This document shows, piece by piece, positions 9,955 to 20,657 of a stretch of DNA of 64,000 nt (position 1 is the first letter of the stretch; each line of letters starts with the position of its first letter). The translations under genes and the position numbers were made by a program. A model generated the notes under the pieces. It worked only from the letters and a program-made list of their open reading frames with translations. It did no database searches and had not been told where the DNA came from. This DNA comes from Terriglobia bacterium (GTDB lineage: Bacteria; Acidobacteriota; Terriglobia; 20CM-2-55-15), in contig CBDAOY010000007.1 of NCBI GenBank assembly GCA_965198225.1, positions 768,001 through 832,000 on the forward strand, written 5' to 3'.

Positions 9955-11889
9955 ATGCGTCGTTACCTGCTGGCCCTCCTCCTGCCAGCCATCGTCCTCG
10001 GATCGATCGGTTTCGCGTCACTCCTCTCGAGCGACCGGCCCAGCCGCCTCGACTACCGATTGGCTCGGGGAAGGGGCCTGCTGGATGGGGGGAACTATCT
10101 TCCGGCGCTGGAGATCTTCAAGCGGGCCGTCGAGGCGAATCCGGAAGGGGCCGCGGCGCGCACCCTGCTTGGAATCGTTCAGCTGCGCCTGCACCTCTAC
10201 CAGTCGGCCATCGAGACCTTCGAAGCAGCCAGGGAACTCGACCGTGGAGAAGCCGGCCCCTCGATCGGTCTCGCCCACGCGAGATTGGCCCTTGGGGAGG
10301 CCTCGGCTTCGATCGACGAAGCCACTCACGCGACCGAGGTCGAGCCGGATGCGGGCGAAGCATGGATTGTCCTGGCTCAGGCCCGTTGGATGGACCGCAG
10401 CTACGGGGATGCCGAGGCTGCCGCGCTCAGGGCCAGAGAGCTGGTCCCGGACAGTGCTCAGTCGCTTGAGGCCTTGCTCCACATCTATATGGATTCCGAG
10501 AAGCCGGCCAAGTTCGAGGCGCTGATCGACGATGTTCCGGATGGAAACCGGTCACTCCAGGGCCTGGTGGTTTCGTTCCTCGTCCGGCAGGGAGAGTTCG
10601 CTCGCGCGTGGCAACACCGGATGCGATTCGCCCGGCGACGAACGGAACTGGCGATCCTGGAAGCCGAACTCGCGCTCGACCGCGGATCGGGCCGGGTCGA
10701 CCTGCTTCCGAAGCTGATCCGTGACCTGGTCGCAGCGGGTCACTATGAGCGCGCTATCGAATACAGCCGCGGCTACACCGTGTCGGAGCCGATCGACGTA
10801 GAGATCGGGAAAGCATACTGGATGCTTGGAAACGTGGCTCGGGCCGTCCCGCGATTCGCGGCCGCCTCCCGCCGCGGGATCCACAAACTGACGGCAGAGG
10901 TGGCTCTGGCCATCATCACTGGAGATGTGCGTCATTGGCGGGAAGCGTTTCGGGCAGAGCACGTGAAAAGGGACTATCTCGTCCTCGCTCAACTCGACGG
11001 GTTGTCCTCCCAGGCGCCGCCCGCAGTCAAACCGTTCATCTGGCGCTACGCCGGTATTTACGAGCCGTATTTCTACAACCGCGCAGTGGAGGACGGGACG
11101 CTGCTGACCGGCCCAGAGTCGGATGACCTCGACACGCTGCTGACGATGGGGACAGCCTACGAGCGTCTCGGGCGACTCGACGAAGCACATCGTTACATCA
11201 CACGCGCGAGTGAATCCCACCCATCCGCCGCCGAGCCCGTGTCGAGGCTGGCAAAGCTGGCGATTCAGAAGGGGGAATCCGGCGAGGTTCTGGACCTGAT
11301 GGAACGGGCCGTGGCGATGCAGCCCTCCGATCCGCGGTACCTCTACGATCTCGGCTGGATGTACGACGCGTTGTCTGAGCAGGATCTGGCGGTTCGTCTC
11401 TACCGTCGGGCGATCGCTGCCAGCGAGTTGAGTTTCGAGGCAATGAACAACCTTGCCCTGATTTACAGCGAACGCGGACAGGATGACCAGGCCCGGACTC
11501 TTCTAGAACGCGCGATCGCAATCGATCCCGCCAGCGAGGCGGCATATTTCAACCTGGCGCGCTATTACGGCGACCGGGAGGAATGGAAGGCGGCGCTCGC
11601 GACATATGATCGTGTCCTCGACATCAACCCCCTGAACTCGGCCGCCTGGGTGGAGCAGGCAAGAATACGGTTGAGTCAAGGAGAACTCGAGGAGGCCGTA
11701 GACCTCCTGAACGAAGCGTTGGAGATGAATTCGCAGCATTTCGAAGCCTACCTGCTGGTCTCTTCGGCGTACGAAAAGCTCGGACATCTCGATGCGGCAC
11801 TGGGTGCGGCCGCAGAGGCGCGGCGGATCGACCCGGAAGATCCTGAACTGGCCACCGTGCTGGCGCGGCTTCAGGAGGACCGGGAATGA
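9955..11889 (+). CDS. Membrane-anchored TPR-repeat protein
   Basis: N-terminal hydrophobic helix; many TPR units (AMNNLALIY, AYFNLARYY). Confidence 0.8.
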   Translation: MRRYLLALLLPAIVLGSIGFASLLSSDRPSRLDYRLARGRGLLDGGNYLPALEIFKRAVEANPEGAAARTLLGIVQLRLHLYQSAIETFEAARELDRGEAGPSIGLAHARLALGEASASIDEATHATEVEPDAGEAWIVLAQARWMDRSYGDAEAAALRARELVPDSAQSLEALLHIYMDSEKPAKFEALIDDVPDGNRSLQGLVVSFLVRQGEFARAWQHRMRFARRRTELAILEAELALDRGSGRVDLLPKLIRDLVAAGHYERAIEYSRGYTVSEPIDVEIGKAYWMLGNVARAVPRFAAASRRGIHKLTAEVALAIITGDVRHWREAFRAEHVKRDYLVLAQLDGLSSQAPPAVKPFIWRYAGIYEPYFYNRAVEDGTLLTGPESDDLDTLLTMGTAYERLGRLDEAHRYITRASESHPSAAEPVSRLAKLAIQKGESGEVLDLMERAVAMQPSDPRYLYDLGWMYDALSEQDLAVRLYRRAIAASELSFEAMNNLALIYSERGQDDQARTLLERAIAIDPASEAAYFNLARYYGDREEWKAALATYDRVLDINPLNSAAWVEQARIRLSQGELEEAVDLLNEALEMNSQHFEAYLLVSSAYEKLGHLDAALGAAAEARRIDPEDPELATVLARLQEDRE

Positions 11890-13292
11890 GACGCACGAAG
11901 CTCGTGTGTACGATCGGGCCGGCTTGCGATTCCGACCAGATGCTCGAGGCGTTGATCGATGTCGGCATGAATGTCGCCCGGATCAACTTTTCCCACGGCA
12001 GCGAGGACTACCACCGCATGCTGATTCGCCGGATTCGTAGCATCCGCGAGCGAATGGGGACGTCCACGGCCATCCTGCAGGACCTGCAGGGACCCAAGAT
12101 ACGGCTCGGCTCGATTGCATCAGGCAACGTGATGCTGGAGCCCGACCAAGTTTTTGTCCTTACTGCCGAGCCCGTTCCCGGGGATCAACAATCGGCCTCG
12201 GTTTCCCTCGCGACGCTTCCGGAAGTCGTTTTGAAGGGGCATCAGATCTTGCTTTCGGATGGCAAGATCGAACTTGTCGTCGAGGATGTCCGCCCGCCCG
12301 AGGTCTATTGCAGGGTCGTCGTGGGCGGGCTCCTCAGCTCCCACAAAGGCATCAACCTGCCGGTGTCCCATGTCCAGGTGGACTCGCTGACCGAGAAAGA
12401 CGATCAAGATCTCAAGATCGGACTGGAAGAAGGCGTGGATATGATCGCGTTGAGCTTCGTCCGAAACGAACAAGACGTTCTTTCTGCCCGGAAGGCGGTC
12501 CGTAGCCATGGCCGGGAAGTGCCGATCATCGCCAAGATCGAGAAACATGAAGCGGTCGACAACATCGACGCGATCGTCGCTGTGGCCGACGGCGTGATGG
12601 TCGCCCGGGGGGACCTTGGGGTCGAGATCGATCTGGAACGGGTTCCTCTCGTCCAGAAGATGATCATCCGGAAGACCAACGCCGTCGGCAAGCCGGTGAT
12701 CACCGCAACCCAGATGTTGCTGCGGATGGTAGACAATCCGCGCCCGACTCGAGCGGAAGCCACCGACGTTGCAAACGCGATCCTGGACGGCACGGACGCT
12801 CTCATGCTTTCGGAAGAAACAGCAGCGGGCAAGTACCCCGTTGAAGCGGCGCGGATGATGGGCCGAATCGCGAATTCGACCGAGGAAAGCCTGGATCCGT
12901 CAAAATTCGGCTGGCTGCCTTCCGACTACCCCTCGGTCAACGATGCGATCAGCCACTCCAGCTTCCACATCGCCAAGGGAGTCGATGCCGCCGCGATCAT
13001 CACCCCGACCTGGTCGGGGTCGACTGCGCGGCTCGTCTCTCGCTTTCGTCCGACGCAGCCGATAATCGCGACGACCGCCAATCCCATCACGCAGTACTTT
13101 CTTTCCTTGTGCTGGGGCGTGACCCCCTTGATGATTCCCGATGCGGTCACGATCGACGACGTGATCGCTTACTCGATCAATGCCGCCCGGGATAATGGGC
13201 ACGTGGCGGAAGGTCAGCACGTGGTCGTCACAGCCGGCACTCCTGTCAACGTCGTCGGTACGACGAACCTCATCAAAGTGCACAAGGTGTAG
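11886..13292 (+). CDS. pyk: Pyruvate kinase
   Basis: RRTKLVCTIGP, RINFSHG, DLQGPKIR, MVARGDLG, ITATQML. Confidence 0.97.
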   Translation: MRRTKLVCTIGPACDSDQMLEALIDVGMNVARINFSHGSEDYHRMLIRRIRSIRERMGTSTAILQDLQGPKIRLGSIASGNVMLEPDQVFVLTAEPVPGDQQSASVSLATLPEVVLKGHQILLSDGKIELVVEDVRPPEVYCRVVVGGLLSSHKGINLPVSHVQVDSLTEKDDQDLKIGLEEGVDMIALSFVRNEQDVLSARKAVRSHGREVPIIAKIEKHEAVDNIDAIVAVADGVMVARGDLGVEIDLERVPLVQKMIIRKTNAVGKPVITATQMLLRMVDNPRPTRAEATDVANAILDGTDALMLSEETAAGKYPVEAARMMGRIANSTEESLDPSKFGWLPSDYPSVNDAISHSSFHIAKGVDAAAIITPTWSGSTARLVSRFRPTQPIIATTANPITQYFLSLCWGVTPLMIPDAVTIDDVIAYSINAARDNGHVAEGQHVVVTAGTPVNVVGTTNLIKVHKV

Positions 13293-13386
13293 TGGGGAAG
13301 TAGGACGTAGGCCGTTGTCGGTAGGCCGTTGGCGGCTGCGCCGCCCGCCACCCGGAAATTTCCCTTGCCCCGCTCAGCGGAATGGG

Positions 13387-13530
13387 CCGTGAGAGAGCCA
13401 ATGTGAGGGGGACAGGGGCCTGGCCCTGTCCCCGGGTTTTCGCTGAGCAGAAATGTTTGGGAACGATCGCTTACGATCTGCCTGGCCCTGTCCCCGGGTT
13501 TTTCGCCAAGCGAAAAGGCCTGGGAACGAC
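13387..13530. repeat. GGGGACAG..CTGTCCCC hairpin repeat (partly tandem)
   Basis: About 65 bp near-identical to 19605-19671; partial reverse copy near 50383-50405. Confidence 0.75.
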
Positions 13531-13613
13531 CTCCTTCCGCGCCGTTGACAGCGGGCACGCGGGTTGCGTAGAGTAACTGATTTGCTTTCAGCCCATTTTC
13601 GAAGTGAGGCGAC

Positions 13614-14780
13614 ATGAAAATCCATGAGTATCAGGCCAAGTCGATTCTCGCCCGGTATGGGGTGAGGATCCCTCGCGGGGGAGTGGTTCAGGACGCCGCC
13701 GGAGCACGAAAGGTGGCTGAGCAACTCGGTGGTACGGTTGTCGTGAAGGCGCAGATCCATGCCGGCGGCCGCGGAAAGGGCGGTGGCGTGAAGCTGGCAA
13801 AGACGCCCGCGGAAGCCGAGCAAGTCGCCGCGGAAATGATCGGGATGCAGCTGGTCACGCATCAGACCGGACCTGAGGGTCGGATTGTGGAGAAGGTGCT
13901 GGTCGAGGAGGGTTTGGACATCCGTGACGAGCTTTACCTTGGACTTGTGATCGACCGGGGAGCCGGCGGGCCGGTCCTGATGGCCTCCACCGAAGGCGGC
14001 ATCGACATCGAAGAGGTTGCCGCGAAAACTCCGGAGCTCATCCTGAAGGAGTACATCGAACCGGGGATGGGTCTCCAGCCTTTTCAGGCGAGGAAGCTGG
14101 CCTTCGGGCTTGGCCTCGCCCCGGGCCTTGTAAGCGACGCCGCGAAGTTCATGATCGCGTTGTACCGGGCGTTTGAAGACACAGATGCGTCGCTGGCCGA
14201 AATCAACCCTTTCCTCGTGACCGCCGACGACATGGTCTACGCCCTGGATGCGAAGATGAACTTCGACGACAATGCGCTCCATCGCCAGGCGGACATCAGG
14301 GAACTGCGGGATCTGAACGAGGAAGAGCCGCTCGAAATCGAGGCGAGCAAATACGGACTGAACTACATCAAGCTCGATGGCAACGTTGCCTGCATGGTGA
14401 ATGGGGCCGGTCTCGCCATGGCGACGATGGACATTATCAAGCTTGCGGGCGGCAATCCGGCGAACTTCCTTGACGTTGGCGGAGGCGCCTCCGCCGAACA
14501 AGTCGAGAACGCTTTTCGCATCCTTGTATCCGATGAGAACGTCCAGGCGGTCCTGATCAACATCTTCGGCGGGATCATGCGCGGCGATATCGTGGCCGCG
14601 GGTGTGGTCGAAGCCTGCAAGAAAATAGGGGTGAAGGTGCCGGTGGTCGTCCGGCTCGAGGGTACGAACGTAGAGCAGGGACAGGAGATCCTCCGCAGCT
14701 CCGGCCTGAACTTCATCGTTGCCGACGGAATGAAGGATGCGGCTGAGAAAGTCGTTCGAGCAGCGGGGGAGAGTTCATGA
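13614..14780 (+). CDS. sucC: Succinyl-CoA synthetase beta subunit
   Basis: [42 protein letters not shown]. Confidence 0.97.
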   Translation: MKIHEYQAKSILARYGVRIPRGGVVQDAAGARKVAEQLGGTVVVKAQIHAGGRGKGGGVKLAKTPAEAEQVAAEMIGMQLVTHQTGPEGRIVEKVLVEEGLDIRDELYLGLVIDRGAGGPVLMASTEGGIDIEEVAAKTPELILKEYIEPGMGLQPFQARKLAFGLGLAPGLVSDAAKFMIALYRAFEDTDASLAEINPFLVTADDMVYALDAKMNFDDNALHRQADIRELRDLNEEEPLEIEASKYGLNYIKLDGNVACMVNGAGLAMATMDIIKLAGGNPANFLDVGGGASAEQVENAFRILVSDENVQAVLINIFGGIMRGDIVAAGVVEACKKIGVKVPVVVRLEGTNVEQGQEILRSSGLNFIVADGMKDAAEKVVRAAGESS

Positions 14781-15643
14781 GTGTCTTGGTCGACAAGTCC
14801 ACGCGCTTGATCGTTCAGGGAATCACGGGACGTGAGGGGAGTTTCCACACCCGGCAAGCCGTGGAGTACGGTACGACAGTCGTCGGTGGTGTGACGCCGG
14901 GTAAAGGCGGCACAAAGCACGAAGGGATCGATGTATTCAACAGCGTCGACGAGGCGCGCCGGAATACCGGCGCGGACGCATCGGTGATCTTCGTGCCTCC
15001 CCCGTTCGCGGCTGACGCCATCATGGAAGCGGGGGACGCCGGAATCGAACTCGTCGTGTGCATCACCGAGGGCGTTCCCACGTTTGACATGATCCGGGTA
15101 ACACAGTTCCTGGATGGGCGACCGACCCGCCTGGTCGGACCGAACTGTCCCGGAGTCATCTCGCCCGGCAAATGCAAACTCGGAATCATGCCCGGACATA
15201 TCCATCGCGAGGGAGGGGTCGGTGTCGTGTCCAGAAGCGGCACGCTGACCTACGAGGCGGTCGGCCAGCTCTCAGGTCGCAATATCGGCCAATCCACATG
15301 CATCGGTATCGGCGGGGATCCGATCATCGGTACGAACTTTATCGATGCGATCCGGTTGTTCAACGAGGATCCGGACACCGAGGCGATCGTCATGATCGGC
15401 GAAATCGGCGGAACGGCTGAAGAAGAAGCCGCCGCCTACGTTACTGAACACGTCGACAAGCCGATCGTTGGTTTCATCTGTGGCCAGACTGCGCCTCCGG
15501 GAAGACGGATGGGGCATGCCGGCGCGATCATCGCCGGCGGAAAAGGGACAGCAGCGGAAAAGATGAGGGCGATGGAGGAAGCCGGTATCCGCGTCGTCAA
15601 GAGCCCGGCCGACATGGGCGAAGCGATCGCGGCGCTGTTGTAG
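14777..15643 (+). CDS. sucD: Succinyl-CoA synthetase alpha subunit
   Basis: [28 protein letters not shown]. Confidence 0.97.
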   Translation: MSVLVDKSTRLIVQGITGREGSFHTRQAVEYGTTVVGGVTPGKGGTKHEGIDVFNSVDEARRNTGADASVIFVPPPFAADAIMEAGDAGIELVVCITEGVPTFDMIRVTQFLDGRPTRLVGPNCPGVISPGKCKLGIMPGHIHREGGVGVVSRSGTLTYEAVGQLSGRNIGQSTCIGIGGDPIIGTNFIDAIRLFNEDPDTEAIVMIGEIGGTAEEEAAAYVTEHVDKPIVGFICGQTAPPGRRMGHAGAIIAGGKGTAAEKMRAMEEAGIRVVKSPADMGEAIAALL

Positions 15644-15916
15644 CAGCCCGTGGCAGAACTCTGCAGGGCCGCGTTACGGCCAAACGGGGTCGGATTCTAG
15701 GAGGCGAGGACGAAACAATGCTCTTTCATTGGGAGGAGTCGGCGACAACGAAGACGGCCCCGTTTCGCCGTAACCCGAAGGGCGCAGGGGGGTTCGGGCC
15801 GCAGGCCTTGTCGCTCGTCGGTCACGATGAATGATCATCGCTCCGCTCCTCTCTTCGCGCCTGCAACCCGAAGACCCCTGCGCGCGACCCTGCAGAGTTC
15901 TGCCACGGGCTGCTAG
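15641..15916. mobile_element. TAG-bounded structured element (MITE-like), subfamily 2, copy B
   Basis: 28-bp perfect TIR tagcagcccgtggcagaactctgcaggg / ccctgcagagttctgccacgggctgcta; homologous to 61396-61665. Confidence 0.8.
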
Positions 15917-15945
15917 TCAAGTCATAGGAAGGAATAGATCCGAAA

Positions 15946-16359
15946 ATGGAAAGAACGTTGACGATTCTGAAGCCCGACACCCTCCAGGCGCGCAACGCCG
16001 GCGCGATCATCACGATGCTGGAAGGCGAGGGCTTCCGTATCCTTGCGTCGAAAATCTTGCACCTGAGCCAGGAGGAGGCCCAAGGTTTTTATGACGTGCA
16101 TCGGGAACGACCCTTCTTCCAGAGCCTGATAACCTTCATGACCGAGGGGCCCGTGATCGTTATGACGATCGAGGCCGACAACGCGATAGAGCGACTTCGC
16201 GGGGTGATGGGAGCGACCGATCCCGCAAAAGCGGACGAGGGCACGATCCGAAAACTGTTCGGGACCAACATTGAACGCAACGCGATTCACGGGTCCGATG
16301 CTCCTGAAACGGCAGCTTTCGAGATTTCCTACTTTTTCAGCCAGCTCGAGATTGTTTGA
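15946..16359 (+). CDS. ndk: Nucleoside diphosphate kinase
   Basis: [25 protein letters not shown]. Confidence 0.97.
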   Translation: MERTLTILKPDTLQARNAGAIITMLEGEGFRILASKILHLSQEEAQGFYDVHRERPFFQSLITFMTEGPVIVMTIEADNAIERLRGVMGATDPAKADEGTIRKLFGTNIERNAIHGSDAPETAAFEISYFFSQLEIV

Positions 16360-16369
16360 AGAGGACCAT

Positions 16370-17425
16370 ATGATCGGAAAGATTCAAGAGATACTCGCCG
16401 ATGATGCTTCGGGTCTCCTGGAGCACGAGTGCAGGACGATTCCTAAGGAGTCGCTGCACCTGCCGGGCCCGGACTTCGTGGACCGGGTGCACACCCTTTC
16501 GGACCGCCCGACCCGCGTCCTCCGCAGCCTGACAGGCCTGACCGGCTCCGGCCGGCTTGCGGGTACCGGCTATGTTTCGATCCTGCCGGTGGATCAAGGT
16601 ATCGAACACTCCGCGGGAGCTTCGTTTGCGCCCAACCCGGCGTACTTCGACCCATCCAACATCGTTGAGCTCGCGATCGAAGGCGGATGCAACGCCGTCG
16701 CGTCGACCCTGGGTGTCCTCGGTGCCGTTTCGAGGAAGTATGCGCACCGGATTCCCTTTATCCTGAAGTTCAACCACAATGAATTTCTCTCATACCCGAA
16801 CTCTTACGATCAGATCGTGTTTGGCAGCATCGACCAGGCGTTCGAGCTCGGCGCCCTCGGCGTCGGTGCGACGATTTACTTCGGTTCCGAGGAATCGCGC
16901 CGCCAGCTCCAGGAAGTCACCGAAATGTTCCAGTACGCTCACGAGCTCGGCATGTGCACCGTCCTCTGGTGTTACCTGAGGAACCCGGCCTTCAAGACCC
17001 AGGACGGTGACTTCCACGCGTCTGCCGACCTGACCGGCCAGGCCAATCATCTGGGCGTGACCATCGAGGCCGACATCATCAAACAGAAGCTCCCCGATAG
17101 AAACGGGGGCTACACTGCACTCAGCTTCGGCAAGACCCACAAGAAGGTGTACTCGGAATTGACCTCCGATCACCCGATCGATCTCACACGTTACCAGGTC
17201 GCCAACTGCTACATGGGGCGTTCGGGCCTGATCAATTCCGGCGGAGCCTCGGCGGGCGAAAGCGACCTGAAAGAGGCCGTGATGACGGCTGTCATCAACA
17301 AACGTGCTGGAGGGATGGGACTGATTTCGGGGCGAAAGGCGTTTCAGCGACCGCTCGAAGAGGGCGTCGCGCTTTTAAACGCGATCCAGGATGTGTATCT
17401 GGCCGAGGAAGTCACCATCGCCTAG
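16370..17425 (+). CDS. fbaB: Class I fructose-bisphosphate aldolase
   Basis: [30 protein letters not shown]. Confidence 0.95.
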   Translation: MIGKIQEILADDASGLLEHECRTIPKESLHLPGPDFVDRVHTLSDRPTRVLRSLTGLTGSGRLAGTGYVSILPVDQGIEHSAGASFAPNPAYFDPSNIVELAIEGGCNAVASTLGVLGAVSRKYAHRIPFILKFNHNEFLSYPNSYDQIVFGSIDQAFELGALGVGATIYFGSEESRRQLQEVTEMFQYAHELGMCTVLWCYLRNPAFKTQDGDFHASADLTGQANHLGVTIEADIIKQKLPDRNGGYTALSFGKTHKKVYSELTSDHPIDLTRYQVANCYMGRSGLINSGGASAGESDLKEAVMTAVINKRAGGMGLISGRKAFQRPLEEGVALLNAIQDVYLAEEVTIA

Positions 17426-17467
17426 CGACGAGTGTGGGCGCAACAGAACCGTTCGGCGAGGACGGTG

Positions 17468-18763
17468 ATGGAAACTTTCCAACCACAGCGTACGGTTTAT
17501 ACCGTCTCCGACGTCAGTGGCCGTATCAAGGAGCTCATCGAGCGCCAGTTCACTGACGTTTGGGTCGAAGGGGAAGTGTCCAACCTGCGCTCCTCGGCTG
17601 CCGGCCATATCTATTTCACTCTGAAGGACGATCGGTCGCAGCTTCCCGCCGTATGCTTCCGCAACGCCGCGATGTATCTGCGGTTCAAACCCGAGAACGG
17701 AAAGTCGTTCCGCGTTCGCGGTCGGGTGACGACTTACGAAGTCCGGGGCGAGTATCAGATCATCGTAGAAGTCCTCGAGCCGGTCGGCGTCGGGGCTCTG
17801 CAGCAGGCGTTCGATCGCCTCAAGGCGAAGCTGGACGCTGAGGGTCTGTTCGCCGCCGAACGGAAACGGCCCCTTCCCCCCTTCCCGTCTCGTGTCGGGA
17901 TCGTCACCTCCCCGAAGAGCGCGGCGATCCGTGACATCCTGTCCGTGCTGCGGAGGCGCCACGACGCTATCGACGTCTTGATCTATCCGACGGATGTTCA
18001 GGGGGATGCCGCCTCTCGGCAGATTGCGGCGGGCATCGATCACCTCGGCCTCGAGCCGGGTATCGACGTGATTATCGTGACCCGCGGAGGAGGCTCGCTC
18101 GAAGATCTCTGGCCCTTCAACGAAGAACGGGTTGCCCGGGCGATTGCGCGATCCGAACGTCCGGTCATCTCGGCCGTGGGCCATGAGGTGGACTTCACGA
18201 TCAGCGACCTCGTTGCCGACCTTCGCGCTCCGACGCCGAGTGCGGCTGCGGAGATCGTCACGTCGCGGAAGGACGAGGTGGTCGAGCGGTTGGAGCGGGG
18301 AGAAGCGAGAATGTCGGCGGCGCTCAAGTATCGTCTGTCGGAACTGCGCCGGTTTCTGGCGACCAAGGTCGGAGGCCGTGGCTTCGTGGTCGCTGAGAAT
18401 CGAATTCGTCAACTGGCGCAGCGCGTCGACGACTGCGGTTTTCGACTCGAACAACTCGGGCGATCCGGGCAGTTCGTTGCCGGGCCTTCTCATCGTCTCC
18501 AACTCAACGACCGCGCCATGTCCGAAGGGATGACGCGGACGCTCATGGCTCTCCGTGGGCGGTTCTCGGGTCTCACCCAGACTCTGGACGCGCTGAGTCC
18601 GCTCTCCGTCCTGGAGCGCGGGTATGCGGTGTGTCGCACGTCGGCGGGAATCGTCGTGCGCCGGTCGGCCCAAGTCGCCGTCGATACCGAGGTTGACATT
18701 CTGCTTCACGAGGGGGGACTGACAGCACGAGTCACAGCCGTGAAGAGCAGGGCGGAAGAATAG
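17468..18763 (+). CDS. xseA: Exodeoxyribonuclease VII large subunit
   Basis: VWVEGEVSN, GHIYFTLKD, RGGGSLEDLWPFNEE, SAVGHEVD, RAPTPSAAAE. Confidence 0.95.
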   Translation: METFQPQRTVYTVSDVSGRIKELIERQFTDVWVEGEVSNLRSSAAGHIYFTLKDDRSQLPAVCFRNAAMYLRFKPENGKSFRVRGRVTTYEVRGEYQIIVEVLEPVGVGALQQAFDRLKAKLDAEGLFAAERKRPLPPFPSRVGIVTSPKSAAIRDILSVLRRRHDAIDVLIYPTDVQGDAASRQIAAGIDHLGLEPGIDVIIVTRGGGSLEDLWPFNEERVARAIARSERPVISAVGHEVDFTISDLVADLRAPTPSAAAEIVTSRKDEVVERLERGEARMSAALKYRLSELRRFLATKVGGRGFVVAENRIRQLAQRVDDCGFRLEQLGRSGQFVAGPSHRLQLNDRAMSEGMTRTLMALRGRFSGLTQTLDALSPLSVLERGYAVCRTSAGIVVRRSAQVAVDTEVDILLHEGGLTARVTAVKSRAEE

Positions 18764-18775
18764 TCGATGACCGAA

Positions 18776-18800
18776 TTAGTGACCTGTTACAGGCCACTAG
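18776..18800. repeat. 25-bp collapsed scar of the CTAG-bounded structured element
   Basis: ttagtgacctgttacaggccactag. Confidence 0.7.
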
Positions 18801-18810
18801 GGGAGGGAAG

Positions 18811-19581
18811 ATGATCGACAAGCCCGTCGAAGAAAAGGTACTCGCATGCATCGGTCGCGCGATGGGAGAGTTTTCGATGCTCCGGCCCGGTGATCGAGTA
18901 GCGGTCGGTGTTTCCGGTGGCAAGGACAGCTTGTGTTTGATCGATGCCCTTGCCGCATACCGCCGCCGCGCGCCCTTTTCATACGAAGTCGTCGCGCTGA
19001 CGCTGGAGCAGGGCAAGTTCCAGATGCCGGTTCGACAGCTCGAACACCACATCAAGCAGATGGGCGTGGACTGGGTCCTGCGGGACGAGCAGAGGACATT
19101 GAGTCTTGTTGCAGATGGGGTCGACCACGGGTGCGACGTTTGCAGCCGCAACCGGCGGGGTGCTCTCTACCAGGTCGCGTCCGAGCTCGGATGTACGGTT
19201 CTTGCACTGGGACATACTGCCGATGATTGTGCCGAAGGGCTTCTGCGAAACATTCTGTTCAACGGGCGGATCGCCTCGCTGCCCCCGGTTGCCGACTCCA
19301 GAAAGGGTCCAATGCGGTTGATCCGACCGCTGGTGTATGTCTCTGAAGAATTGACCGCCGCATATACGCTGGCGAAGGGCCTGGTTCCGATCGGTTGCGC
19401 TTGTGGCGAAAAGGAAGGACCGCGAAGCGAGATCCGCGAGTTTCTCGACACGATGAGATCCCGTCACATCGACGTCGACGAATGTGTCTCCGCTGCACTG
19501 TCGAACGTCAATCCATATACATTGTTTGATCGGAAGCTTCGGAAGGAAGGGGCGGATCAGCCAGCGTTTGCAAAGGTGTAG
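18811..19581 (+). CDS. ttcA: TtcA-family tRNA 2-thiocytidine synthase (PP-loop)
   Basis: SGGKDS, CDVCSRNRRGALY, ALGHTADD, IRPL, CAC. Confidence 0.8.
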   Translation: MIDKPVEEKVLACIGRAMGEFSMLRPGDRVAVGVSGGKDSLCLIDALAAYRRRAPFSYEVVALTLEQGKFQMPVRQLEHHIKQMGVDWVLRDEQRTLSLVADGVDHGCDVCSRNRRGALYQVASELGCTVLALGHTADDCAEGLLRNILFNGRIASLPPVADSRKGPMRLIRPLVYVSEELTAAYTLAKGLVPIGCACGEKEGPRSEIREFLDTMRSRHIDVDECVSAALSNVNPYTLFDRKLRKEGADQPAFAKV

Positions 19582-19604
19582 CGACGGCCGTGTGGCCCAA
19601 GAGT

Positions 19605-19671
19605 CCGTGAGAGAGCCGATGTGAGGGGGACAGGGGCCTGGCCCTGTCCCCGGGTTTTCGCCAAGCAGAAA
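19605..19671. repeat. GGGGACAG..CTGTCCCC hairpin repeat between convergent genes
   Basis: Near-identical to 13387-13453. Confidence 0.75.
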
Positions 19672-19699
19672 AGTCGGTCGCCGACGCCTGCCTGTATAG

Positions 19700-20464
19700 T
19701 CAGTGCGTCAACGCGTAGAGGACAAAATTGATGCCGAGGCGGACGCCTTCCGCGGACGGCTTCAGCGGATAGACCGGCCGGTCCAGCCATTCCCAGAGGT
19801 CGCCGATGTCGTTGTTGAAGCAGATGATCATGGACGTGTCTTCGCCGTTTTCTGTCGGGTAGCCGTAGAAGACCGGCCAGCCGTTTGAAGCTGCGAAAGC
19901 CGTCACATCGAGATCGCTGATGTCATAGAACGTGTGGAAGATCGGGTGATCGACGGTCAACGGAATCATCTCCCGATCCGGGTACATCCGCTTGAGGTTC
20001 CAATCCCAGTTCGACAGATCGTTGTAGCCGTCGAAATCGTCGACCATCACGAAGCCGCCGCGATCGAGATACTCGCGGAAACCCTTGACTTCGGCATCGG
20101 TCAGACGCATTGTCCCCGGTTCGGAAATGTATATGAACGGGTAGGTGAACAGCTCGGGATCGTCGAGCCGGACGATCTGGTATGACATCCGCGCCACGTT
20201 CAGGTCCGTGGCCTCTTCGACCAGAGTGTTGATGTGTTGTTCGGCGGCAGGATAATCGTGTTCCCATCCGCTCATTTCCCACGTCCCCCCGTGCGTCGTG
20301 AACCGTATGCGTGCAAAGACGAACTCCGTTTCAGGAATATCGGTCGGTTCGTAGATCAGCGAGGGTCGCCCGCGGAATCGTCCGAAGCGCTGCGCCTCGA
20401 GCAGGGTGATGCTGCCGGCTGCCAGGAAGACGAACAGCGCAAACAGGACGAGGGGGCGCTTCAT
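19700..20464 (-). CDS. Secreted DUF4159-domain protein
   Basis: Signal peptide; WEHDYP, YPFIY..EPG, REYLDRGGF..DDF, HPIFH. Confidence 0.8.
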   Translation of the reverse strand: MKRPLVLFALFVFLAAGSITLLEAQRFGRFRGRPSLIYEPTDIPETEFVFARIRFTTHGGTWEMSGWEHDYPAAEQHINTLVEEATDLNVARMSYQIVRLDDPELFTYPFIYISEPGTMRLTDAEVKGFREYLDRGGFVMVDDFDGYNDLSNWDWNLKRMYPDREMIPLTVDHPIFHTFYDISDLDVTAFAASNGWPVFYGYPTENGEDTSMIICFNNDIGDLWEWLDRPVYPLKPSAEGVRLGINFVLYALTH

Positions 20465-20657
20465 GAAGAACATTGTACAGCGTGGGAGGGATACATTGGA
20501 ACGACCGAGGAGATCTGAACGAGTCTATTACGAGCGACAAGCGACGAGTAGTAAAGAAGTGGCCAGTGATCAGTGACGAGTGGCCAGTAGGAACGAGTAC
20601 TCGGTTCGATTTCTGGCCATCTTACTCCTAGCTGACCACTGACTACTGGCTACAGAC

